Below are positions 53,056 to 64,000 of a stretch of 64,000 nucleotides of DNA, in pieces; within the stretch, counting starts at the first letter, position 1, and every line of letters begins with the position of its first letter. The notes under the pieces were generated by a model, which saw only the letters and a program-made list of their open reading frames with translations, was not told where the DNA came from and made no database searches. The position numbers and the translations under genes were made by a program. Origin of the DNA: Geosiphon pyriformis uo1 (taxonomy: Eukaryota; Fungi; Glomeromycota); the NCBI GenBank assembly GCA_016748015.1, contig JAAOMT010000630.1:186001-250000 (forward strand). Direction: 5' to 3'.

Positions 53056-55110
53056 TTAAAACTTTTATTTATTATAAAATTTACTAGATATTAATATTTA
53101 ATATTGAAATATTAAGTATAATTTATAATAATTTAATTAATAAAACAGAATTTATTTATTTGTTTAATTTAAAAATAATATTAAATTCAAAGTTAATAAA
53201 TTTTGAATTTGCCAAATATCAAAAAACAGTTAAAATATTTAATTACTTAAAAAATACTTTATTTTAAAGACAATTTGAAAATATATTAATAATATTATAA
53301 ATATATTAAAATTAATTTATATTAATATCTTAATAATTTTATTTTAAATAAAAAATATTTTTAAGAAAACAATATTACAAATATATAAATATTATAAAAC
53401 TATAAATAATTATATATTATTTTAGTTATTTTATAAATCTATTTAATAAAAGTATTAAAGTATAAAAATAAAAATTAATTGGTTTTAATTTTAGTTTTTT
53501 AAGCAAATTAATACTAATTATAAAATAAATAATTAATATTTTATTTTTATTTTTTTGCATTTACTTAATTTTAATTATTTTGGTTATTTATTATATAATT
53601 TTAACAAGTTAAACAAAATATATATTTAGTTTTTAAAATTTGTTAAAATATTAGCAAAAAAAATATTAAATTTATAAAAAATTAAAAAAAGTTTTAATTT
53701 TTTTATATACAAAGCCAATTTTATCTAATATAATATAATTATTAAATAATTTATAAATTAAACATAATTTATGTTTTTTTTTATATAATTAAACTTAAGT
53801 TAAATTATATTAAATATACAAAATTATTACTATTAAAAACAAACCAATTAATCATATAATAGTTTTATAATATTAAATTTGGTATTAAAAATTTAAAACT
53901 TTTAAAATATTATTATTTTAACAAATTGTTTTTTATATATAAAGAAATTTAAATTTTTGTTAAATATATTTTCATATTATATTTTATTTTAAGACTTATT
54001 ATTTTTTTGGTTAAATTATTAATAATTCTTTTAAAAATGCCAAAATTTTTTTAATATTAAAAATTTTGTTTTTAAACTTAATATTTATAAAAACATAATT
54101 ACCAAAATATTTTATAATTAAAATAACCAAATTAATAATAAATTAAACCAAAAATTTTAATTTAATTAATTTAAAATTTAAAAAGCTAATCTAAAGCCAA
54201 ATACAAATTAATACTTATAATAACAACAAAAAAAGCCAAAAAAACAGTAGTTTTAACATAAAATTTTATAATAACAAAATAAAACTTAAAAATTTTAAAG
54301 TTATTTATAAGTTTAAATAAAAACTTTTAAAATAAAAATAAAATATCTTATAATTAAAAACTAAATAATTAAAATCTTAATACTTAAAACAATATTAATA
54401 ACCAAAAATTTTTTATTAAATATGGTTTTTTTAATGTAATAATTTTATAAACAGTAATATTTAAATTAGTTTAAAAACTAAATATAACAATTATATATTT
54501 TAATTATTAAAAAAATTAAAAAACCAAAAAAAAACAGATGTAATTATAACTTAAAAAACCAAATTAATAATTTTAAAAATAATATAATTAAAAAAAATTG
54601 ATTAATTTAATTTTATGATTTTTTTAATTAACAAAAAAAAATTTTAATATTGTTTTTTATTATTAAAATTAATTAATAAACAAACAGTTATAAATATATT
54701 AAAAAACTTAAAATATACAATAAAATATTATTAAATATCAGTAAATTTCAACATAACTTAAAAAATTTTACCAAAAATATTAAAAATATTTTTAATATTA
54801 ATAATTAAAATATATTTAGATATTTTACAAAACAATAATAACAAAAAAAAATGTAAACTTAAAAATTATTAAAGACTTAACAACTTTAAAAATAGAAAAA
54901 TATAATTTGTTTTGTATTTAAAATTAATAATAATTAATTAAAAACCAATATATTAAATAATATAGTTTAAAATTAATTCAGATTAAAATTGGTTAATATG
55001 TTTTTATTTTTTCTAGTTATAATAAAATATAATTTAATTATTAATTATAATATAAAATTTTGAAATTTTATAAATAATTATAATTTATATATTTATTATA
55101 TATAAATCAA
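53056..55110. other. Extremely AT-rich tract (terminally decayed repeat)
   Basis: Near absence of C/G. Continuous in character with 44345-44700 on the other side of LINE copy 3. Confidence 0.5.
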
Positions 55111-55119
55111 AAATAATAA

Positions 55120-58100
55120 AAAAACTTTTTTCTCTTCTATGTTTAAATTTCTCAAAGAGCAATTTTTTTGAAAAAAAAGTTTTTGTTTTTGTTTTCCTAC
55201 TTATATTACTTTTAATATTTCTTAAGTTAATAATCTTTTTATAATAAATCTGAAAACTGTTTTAAGTAGTATTATATTAAAGAAAAAGGCTTCTAAGAAT
55301 GTTTTTTATGGTCTTGTTAATAGTACTTTTTTTCAATAATAAAATGTCTTTGTTAATAATATTAAGCACTTTGGGAATGAAAATTTTTTTTTTAATCAAA
55401 CCTGATCTTATTAATAACATGTATTCGAATATGAATAGTAAATTCAGTAATAGTAAAATTAATAATGCTATAATAAATTTAAGTAGTGGTTTTTTTTTTG
55501 GTTTAGCTATAATAACTTCCAAAGCTAAGAGAATTAATATGGATTTGGATGATGGCTTTCTTATAAATATAATTGACTTTGGAATAAATAAAGATAAAAG
55601 TTTTCTTTTCCCTCTTTTTAATATTTCTTTTGACAAAAAGTAAGTTAACCCTAAAATAATAAAGACTCAGATCAAAATGACTGTTAAGAAATCTTTTATA
55701 TTAAATATTGATTTATTAGCTGTAGAGGAAAAATTAACAACAGCAAAAATTCAGCTTATTAAAAAAATTTTTTTGGTAATTAATGATTTTGGGAGAGTTA
55801 TTATCTCCTCAAAATTTGAAAAAATTATTAGATCTATATTTACATTAGAGAAAAACATAAAAAAAGCTATATTATTGATTAAAAAAAAGGAATTAAAGTA
55901 AATGGTAATCTTAAAAAACAAAAATTAAGTCAAATTAGGCTGTGGTAATCAAAAAAATTTTCATGAATATGCCAAAAAAATAATTGTTATTGTAGTAGCT
56001 AAGTTTGATAAAATAGTATTAATTTGATTATAATTAATTAGGCTATAGTAAAAAACTGTAGTGAAATTTGTTAAATTAAGTCAAATTAAGCAATTGGTAT
56101 TATAATGATCTTTTTTAATTAAAAAAAAATTCAGTATGTATAATTATAACCATAAGAGATTGCAGTATTTGGATGTTTAAGAATTGTTTTAGAACACTTT
56201 TATTTACTCTTTCTATAGAAACCACCACTTATAATCTTGGATCTTTTTTAAAAAAAGCTGATGAGAAAATTTGTGTTATTAATTGATTATTTAAGACTGA
56301 TAATAAGATCTACTATGCAATAATTAGTTTTAAATCTGATAAAAAATTGGAATTTGCTTTCTATATTGAGCCAATTTTTGGTAATATAAATCTATTTTAG
56401 GCTAAAATAAACTTGGTTTAGTGCAAAAAGTGTAAAAAGTTTAAACATTTTGCTTTGAAGTGTAATGTATTAAATACATTTACTTTTAAGTCTTTGAGAA
56501 TATTTAAAAGAATTGTTTTAAATACAAATTATCTTTAGGTGACCAAATTGTATGCAAAAAAAAGTGTTTCTATTTTTTGCCCTATTGTTTTTGGTAGCAA
56601 ATCTTGGATATAAATGGTTTTACTTACTGTTATCTTTAATAATACTTATTTTGATTCTGGTTCTGAATTCTTTTTTTTTGGTATATTACATGTTAAAAAA
56701 AGTTTTGTAGTTGTTCAAGATAATTTATTCATTAATATTTGCTTAACTTTTTTGGAATATTTCTTAGAGCTTTTGGCTAATTAAGTGTTATGTATTGTGT
56801 AAAAATTAAGCAGTATGCTTTTAATGTTTCTGGTGTTCACTTTTTAATATTTTTCTTTTAATGCATCTGTTTTTCTAAATTTAGAATCAGATTTTAATAT
56901 GGCTTTAGACAACTTATTTGAGCTATCTATTTTTCCTTTTTTAATTGCAAATAATATGGTTTCAAATTTAGATTTAAGCAGTTTAAAGATTTTAACTACC
57001 AAGATAGATAAATTGAAATTTAAAATAGTGGTCTTTGAAGTTTTTGTCAGTTCGGATTTAGTAAGATTAAATTAGTTGTGTGCTGGCTTGAGTTTTTAAT
57101 ATTTTTTTTATCTCAATAATTAATTTAGCTTGAAAGTTTGCTATATGTAATGTTTGAAGTTTTAATGTCTCTGCAAAACAAAAAAACATTGTTTATTAGC
57201 ATGTGAGCTTAAGTAATATGATTTTAATTATCACAAAAACAAAATTAAGATTTAGTATTAAGCCCTAAATATTAAACAAGTTTAATGAGATATAGATTTT
57301 TATATCTGGTTTAAATAAAAATTTTCTTGGTGCTGAGGTGGCTATTATTGTGAACAATTCTTTGGCTCAACATGTTTTTAAAGTAAAAGAAATTTCTGGT
57401 TAGATTATTTTAGTGAGACTTCTGTTTAAAGAAAAATTGTCAGTTATAATCTTAGGTTTATATGCTGGTGTTTTTGCTGAAGTAAGATTTAGTTAAACAT
57501 TAAAAGTCAATTTTTTTATTATTAAGACAGTTAACTCTAGTACTTTTGTGGTATTGGGTAAGAACTTCAATGAAAATGATTTAAAAAAAAGTGTGAGTTT
57601 CAAATTTTGTGTGAATTTGGGTTTAATCAACTCATTTTGTAAATATTTATTGGTCAAAACATCTACTTAGAGCAATTTTAAAGGCATTAAAAAGATTATT
57701 GATTTCATTTTTGTGAATTAAAATCTAACATCTGCACTTATTAGTCATAGAATTAACTTTGTGTCTAATTTTTTTGATATTGATTACAATGCAGTTTCAA
57801 TTATAATTGGTTTAAATAGTCTCTTAGATGTTTATCTTAATAATATACATAAACAGACTAATAAAGACAGATGGAAGTTTAAGATTAAGAATACTGATAT
57901 TAGTAAGTGGACACAATTTAGAGAATATTTGTTGAACAGATTCTTAGAAAGAATAATGGGCTTTAATAATACAAAAAGTTGTGGTAATTTAGATGTAATA
58001 TAAGAGATTTTGAGAAAAATAGTAATTAGTTTTGCTATTAAAGTATTTTTCAGACTTTGGTTCTGTGAGTTTGAATATTCAAAAAATAAGCTGTCATTAA

Positions 58101-60195
58101 AGTTTTTTAAGTTAGAACTGTTAGTAACCAAAATTGTGAAAAGTTTAAATTCAAATCATAATTTAAGAACTAATTATCTTATTGGTATCTAAACTGCTAT
58201 TAATAAAAAAAAAGTTATTAAGGTGCATATTATAATCAATAATAGTAATAGTCTGAAAAAAATTTTGCATTATCTGTTAAGAGTTAAGAAAAAATATTAT
58301 AAATCCAAGTATTATCAATATTACTAAAGATAATTTCATTAGAAAAGCTATAAACAGACATATAAAAAATTTTTATTCTAATAAAAAAATAATAATTAAA
58401 AGTTGGACAAAAAAGAGTGTAGTGTTTAGTACTTTATCTAATTGTTGGTCCAATTAATATGCTTTTTTGAGTGATGTAAATGGTAATGTCTTTTTAAAAG
58501 TAATGTGTAATATTAAAATTGATGAGTTTTTGCAAATTATCAAGGATTTATCTAATAGAAAAGCTGCTGGTTTATTTGGTATCTCTAATAAGCTCTAAAA
58601 ACATGATAATAAGCAGGTTTTGAATAGTTTGTTGGATATTTTTAATGTGTGTTTAGTGTTAAATGCAGTTCTTACACAATAGAAAAAAGCCTAAATTTCT
58701 ATAATACCAAAGTTTTATAATTGGAAAAAAATTTTTATAAATACTAGACTAATAGCTTTGATTAAAACAGTTCAAAAAATCTTATTTAAGATTCTTTTAG
58801 ATAAGATTTTTTTGGCTTATAACAATTTTAATGTCTTTTATAGTAATAATTTTTCGGTTTTAAAAGACACATTCACCCAAACTTTAATCTTTGCTGTTGG
58901 TTTTATTGTTAAAGATGTATTGAAAAAGAACAAAAAACTGTAATTAGTCTTTTAAGATATATACAAAATATATAACTCTGTTAAATATTATTATTAAAAA
59001 CAGTTTAGTCAGCATTAAAATATGTTTCTGTTTTATTAAGTTTTTTGAGAATATACACAATAATTAGATCAACTAGATGATAACAAATTTTAGGTTCACA
59101 AATAGATATACTGTTTATAATAGGCTAGATTAAAATAAGGTTTTTTTGTCTTTATTATAGAAGATCTTTTATAATCTTTTGCTCTACAAAAATTAAAAAA
59201 CATGAAAGTCTGTTTGATTACAGATTGAATTCAAAATTTTTTATGTAGACTGATAAGCAAAGTTATGAAAGTGACATAACATTTTTTCTGACAGTAAAAG
59301 TCTTCATAAATAACACAATTTAGATTGAAAATAGCATGTTTGCTACTTTATGTATTCTGAACATAGCTAGTGAATTTTTTCAAATTAATAATATTTTAAT
59401 TAATACAAATAAAACAGTAGCTATACTTATCAATTAAAGAGTAGAAGTTTTTTATTTATTAATTAGTAAATCAAACATTTTTATAGTTAAAAAAAAATAA
59501 ACTTCATAGATACTTGAGCATTTTTTTATCTATTAATGGTCTTTCAAAACTTAATCTTATTAAGGCTTATTTAGATATTAAGTTTTTTACAAATCTAGTT
59601 TTGAAAAAAACAGTATTTAACAAGCAGTTTTCTTACTTGATATTTGTTGTTTTACAACCAATAGTTGGTTACAGATTGCAGTTTTGTTATGTCTTTGCTA
59701 ATGTGTATGAAAAATGAAACAAAATGTTAAAGAAAAAACTAAAACTTAAGACCAATTTACTTAAGAATTTTTCCAATAAAGTTATTTCTCATTTTAAATT
59801 GTATGGTTTTAAGTTTTTTAAACAGATATAAGCTAAAAATTCTTTAACAAATTTGGTGATTTTTGTCAATTTAAATGACATTCTTGGCAGATTGTTCAAA
59901 CACAAAGCTATGAATCTACAGACTATTATTTAAATGTTCTAACAACTTCTTTGTTTTTTGATCAATTTGTCAATTAATTCCATAAATTGCTTTTTAGCTA
60001 ATACAATTAATACTTTAGCAATGTGTGGGTTTTCTTTAGACAACAATCTGCCAAATGTTTTCCAAATTGGTAATAGTATTGCTATTGCAAATGTTTTTGG
60101 CTTGGAACAGTATCTAAGTATGGTTGGTTTATTGAAAAAATTTAGTATTATTTTTGCAAACCAGCTTCTGGACTATTATGACATGTGCTTTATAT
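55120..60195 (+). mobile_element. Heavily decayed LINE copy 5, cut off before RNase H
   Basis: Relics KKSFILNIDLLAVE (ORF1), FFDIDYNAVS, NNFSVLKDT, IFANQLLD (ORF2). Confidence 0.85.
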
Positions 60196-60570
60196 TGTTA
60201 TAAATAAACTTGGCAAAGTAAAATAGTAATATTTGGTGCTTTAACTTTTGGGTTAAAAAAAGCTTTAAAGAGTTTTTTATAGATCTGTTTGTTGTGTCTG
60301 GTTTATCAATCTCTGAAGATTTTTTACTGAAGATGAATTTACTCATGAAGTTTTTTGGTTATAAGACACAGAAGTATAGGTTTATGGTATTGCAACTTGT
60401 CAATATGAGCTTTTTTTTTTGAGCTAGTCAAGTGCAATTACTAGGGTCTGATAGTGTCTTTTCACTCTTCTGGTAAGCTGACAAGATAATGTTAATATTC
60501 AAACCTAGGAGGAGCTTTTCTTTTTTACCAGACTATTATGAAGTCTATTCTCAAACAATTGATTTTTATG
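60196..60570. mobile_element. Probable LTR fragment interrupting LINE copy 5
   Basis: LINE homology stops abruptly at a TGTTA preceded by ATAT. The other end is not seen. Confidence 0.45.
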
Positions 60571-61075
60571 TACAGTGAACTCTCTCTATAGTCCCTCTGG
60601 TTATAGTTACTATCTTCTTATAATTACATTTTTTTAAAAACCAAAACCATTTATATATAATATTATCTCTTTATAGTCACTTTTACTATATATATCTTCT
60701 TATAGTTCTTATTTCTACAAATATAATAGCAGAATATAAATAATTTCTACTCTCTATAGTTATACTATAATCATATAATATTAGATATGAACATTAGATG
60801 TCATTTTATATTTAATTGAACATGTAAGGTACCTCAGATTATAAAAAATATCCAAATATTATTTTAAAATGTTGACCCTATTTTGCATTTAAGTATTGCA
60901 ATAATAAAACTTATATTAATCTATCATTGTTTGCTTTATTCATTAATTTATTATTTTATTGGTATAATTTTAAAAGTTACAACAAGCAAATTAGTGTAAA
61001 ATAGCATGCTTTGCTTTGCCTTGGTGGCAAATATTGAATAATTGTCTAAGCCACTAAGTAAATTTATTTAGTATT

Positions 61076-61457
61076 GCTGTAATAATTGTCATAACTATCC
61101 AAAAATAAGTAAAGTAAATTATCATTGTTATATTGATTGTCGAGGCTATCCAAAAGTAAGTGAATCTGATTATTATTGTTACATTGATTGTCATAACCAT
61201 TTAGATATAAGCAAATTTGATTAATATATTCATGTAGATTGTCATAGCTGTTTAAAAATAAGTGAATTACTATTGTTGCATTAATTACTGAGACCATCCA
61301 AAAGTAAGTAAATTTGATTATTATTGTTACATTGATTGTTGAGGCCATTAGAAGATAAGTGATTAAATTATCATTGTCACATCAATTGTTAAGACTATTG
61401 GGAGATAAGCAAACTGAATTATCATTGCTATGTTAATTGTTGTGGCTGTTTGGAGAT
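61076..61457. repeat. About 7 x 51-bp tandem repeat
   Basis: Unit e.g. gattgtcgaggctatccaaaagtaagtgaatctgattattattgttacatt. One plus frame reads DCRGYPKVSESDYYCYI. Confidence 0.8.
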
Positions 61458-61511
61458 ATTTTTTAAAAATATAAAAATCTCAAATTAAATTTTTACCATC
61501 TATTTTGTTTA

Positions 61512-62237
61512 AATGCTAGAAACTCTGCAGTAATGGATAAATTAGGAAATTGCTACTTTCACAGCAAATGTGTTAATTAGGACATAGGTCAAGCTGTCAA
61601 ATTATATCAAAAAACAAGTGATGCAAAGAATTCTGCTACAATAAACAATTTAGATTATTGCTATTAGCATGATGAAAATATTAATTAGAACAAAAGTCAA
61701 AGGGTCAAATTATATCAAAAGACTGTTGATGCAGAGAATTTTGAAGCAATAACTTGATTAAGTTATTGCTATCAATATGGTAAAGGTGTCAATTAGAACA
61801 CAGATCAAGCTATCAAATTGTATCAAAAGACAAGTGATGCAAGAAATTCTGAAGCAATGACTCAATTAGGACATTGCTATTTTAATGGCAAATGTATTAA
61901 TCAGAACACAGATCAAGCAGTCAAATTGTATCAAAAAACGGCTAATGCAGGAGATTCTGGGGCAATAAATTAGATAGGTTATTGCTACTTTAATGGCAAA
62001 TGCGTTGATCAGGACATGAGTGAAGTGGTCAAATTTTTTTGAATTGTAGTTAATGCAGAGAATTCTGGTGCAATAAATTGGTTAGGTTATTGCTATAAGT
62101 ATGGCAAAGGCATTAATAGGGCAAGAGTGAAAGGATCAAATTATATCAAAAAGTGGTTGATGCAGGAAGTTTTACTGCAATGTACAATTTAAGTTGTTGC
62201 TATAAGTGTGGTGGTGTCAATCAAAATAAGAGTGAAT
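61512..62237 (+). pseudogene. Sel1-like repeat array (about 7 x 36 aa / 108 bp)
   Basis: For example NSEAMTQLGHCYFNGKCINQNTDQAVKLYQKTANAG. Stops mostly arise from CAG>TAG and TGG>TAG/TGA. Confidence 0.9.
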
Positions 62238-62239
62238 TC

Positions 62240-62820
62240 CATATATTGTCATTTACTTAAACCCTAAGACTCAATTTGTTAGTCAAAATCTCATTTGATC
62301 TGACCAAACAAGCTTTCAAGTTAACCACACAAAAGGTTTTTATTCAATGTTGTCTCACTAATAGACAAAAAAAGAAGAGAGCACAAACTTAACAATATCT
62401 TAACTTTACTATTATCATTGATCTCACTTGAAACTACTTTGATAATTACCCAATTACTTGCAGTAATTATTCTAAATATCTTAATTTCTTATAAGGTTAT
62501 GTCATAGGAATGTTTTTTATTGCATTGCATGGATGCTTTGAAGTTGAATCATACATTGGCCCATATTTTGATTGATATCTTCCACTTTGCCTCTGTAATT
62601 ACAATTATTATATTATGTATTTTAATTGCCCAATTAATTGGCTCCTTTCCATAGCTTCCAGATATCTTATATTGCAAACAAATCTTGACTTAGTCATTGA
62701 ATACCAATAAAACACCATAGATAACTGATGAAATGAATTTGCAACATGTTGTCTCATTGGCATTGAGAATAGATTGTAATGCTTTATGTTTTATCATTAT
62801 GTTTTTAATTAATAAACTCG
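62240..62820 (-). pseudogene. PD-(D/E)XK restriction-endonuclease-fold domain of the type expanded in Glomeromycotina effector-like/CRN-associated proteins
   Basis: Relic NANETTCCKFISSVIYGV...YKISGSYGKG(P)INWAIK...IVITEAK..DINQNMGQCMIQLQ, matching G-x-G-x-x-D...EAK...Q..AQ...Q. Contains frameshifts. Confidence 0.65.
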
Positions 62821-62905
62821 TAAAGCATGTTAGTAAGTGTTTTTAGAGTGGAAAAATAAATTGTTAACCACTTCTATTAGCTGTGATGTTTACATAATTA
62901 ATATA

Positions 62906-63019
62906 AGCATTGTTGTGTTTGGGGGGTTTAACAACATAATATTGTGCTATCTTCTATGCAATTATGCAAATATGCAAAGGATCAAATTGACAGCCTTTAT
63001 TATTGATCATCAGTTGGAG
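62906..63019 (+). pseudogene. Fragment (single exon) of a TilS/MesJ-like PP-loop ATPase gene
   Basis: SIVVFGGFNNIILCYLL...KLTAFIIDHQL reads as decayed IAVSGGxDSMALxxLL...AFxVDHxL. It ends at a GAG|GTAAGA splice-donor-like site. Confidence 0.6.
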
Positions 63020-63283
63020 GTAAGAGGCAAAAAGTGTCACAGATACATTATTGAAATTAGGTTTCTTTTTACCAAGAATCTGTCATTTGTACTTAGAATC
63101 TTACAGTTGGATTAAAACTTTTATTTTTATAATTTGGCTGCTTTTTATAATCTGAAGCACTTCATATGACATAAGACACCTCACATGTCTGATTAGATAT
63201 AAGGCAAAATGACATTTGAGACATAACAGATACATCAATGCATTATAAAAGCAAAATGCAATAAAAAGTGTGTTCTTATTAAT

Positions 63284-63629
63284 ATGCCAAAAAATGCAAA
63301 CCAAAAGTGAGTAGTAATCTTCTTGGAGACTAAAAAGACTCTCTGCCAGTACAAACTAGAGCATTCTGACTATTTAGCAAATAGACTTATCAAAATATTC
63401 AATCTAAAAGTTGACCACTCTATTATAACAAAGATACTCATAAAATCAGACCAATGAATTGAAAAAAATGTATCTGGCAACTCTAGTTAATTGACAAAAA
63501 ACAGAAAAGAGATGTTTCCAAAGATAAATGATGCACTAGGAGAATGGATGCTTAGAACACTAACTACCAACTACATTCTTACTGGAAAAATTTTACAAAT
63601 AAAAGCTCTCAAGTTTGCTGAAAAGTTTT
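63284..63629 (+). pseudogene. N-terminal CENP-B-type HTH domains of a pogo/Tigger transposase
   Basis: One frame from ATG 63284: KKTLCQYKLEH...FNLKVDHSIITKIL...FPKINDALGEWM...ILTGKILQIKALKFA, with three in-frame stops. Confidence 0.8.
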
Positions 63630-63701
63630 CAGTATTATTCATAAAAAAAAAACAGATAGAGAAAATAGCAGACCAATAAAAGAATAATATTTAGTACGTG
63701 A

Positions 63702-63848
63702 GCACATTGCTTAGCAATGTGGAGCAATATCAGAAATTATGGCACATTGCTTAGCAATGTGGAGCAATGTCAAAAAGCACAGCACATTGCTTAGCAATGT
63801 GGAGCAATATTAGAAAATTAGGGCACATTGTTCAGCAATGTAAGCAAT
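63702..63848. repeat. 4 x ~40-bp repeat containing the palindrome CACATTGCT-T-AGCAATGTG
   Basis: Units start at 63702, 63742, 63782 and 63823. Confidence 0.9.
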
Positions 63849-64000
63849 CTTGTAGAACATTAATTATGTATATATAGCAGTAGCATTAAAAATAGAAAGA
63901 GCAGAATTTTTTAGTTAGAAATCTTCCATCCAAAAAATATCAAATAAATAAATCATTCACCATCCACATCCACTCTTTACTATTAACACTTTATGTTAAT

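Larger units (their letters stand above)
60573..63629 (+). mobile_element. Left part of a pogo/Tigger-like DNA transposon with cargo gene fragments
   Basis: TA+CAGTGAACTCTC terminus with subterminal (T)TATAGTYAC-type repeats (60587-60765), and a CENP-B-type HTH transposase start at 63284. The right TIR is not in the window. Confidence 0.6.

Noticed and set aside
61064-61348. 94-aa minus-strand ORF as a gene
   Set aside because: It is a reading of the 51-bp tandem repeat with no evidence for this frame.
63702-63848. CRISPR-like array (palindromic 27-bp repeat with spacers)
   Set aside because: Spacers are only 13-14 nt and resemble each other. There are no cas genes and the context is a eukaryotic TE region.

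Overview
Eukaryotic, very AT-rich window that is almost entirely a nested transposon graveyard. The gene and TE content resembles an early-diverging fungus of the Glomeromycotina/Mucoromycota type; this is inferred from family content and not verified. The only apparently intact host gene is the 3' end of an LRR gene (3-479). The window holds five copies of one APE-type LINE family (ORF1 RRM+CCHC; ORF2 APE-RT-RNase H-Zn finger) and several Ty3/gypsy LTR families with TGTTA...TAACA ends and 4-bp TSDs, one lineage carrying dUTPase. It also holds solo LTRs, a DD34E Tc1 element and the left part of a pogo/Tigger-like element. All TEs are decayed by C>T/G>A transitions to a degree that follows nesting order. 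The most notable find is the pogo-like element (from 60573): between its terminus and its transposase lie three unrelated host-gene fragments (a Sel1-repeat array, a PD-(D/E)XK nuclease-like domain and a TilS-like PP-loop exon), making it a candidate Pack-type gene-capturing transposon. Other notable signals are a conserved hairpin/pseudoknot in the LINE 3' UTR, an integrase encoded as a separately initiated ORF, an nYRn target preference at all readable LTR junctions, two LINEs inserted sequentially at one site, and a ~3.6-kb inverted duplication. All translations and alignments were done by eye; boundaries of decayed relics are approximate.
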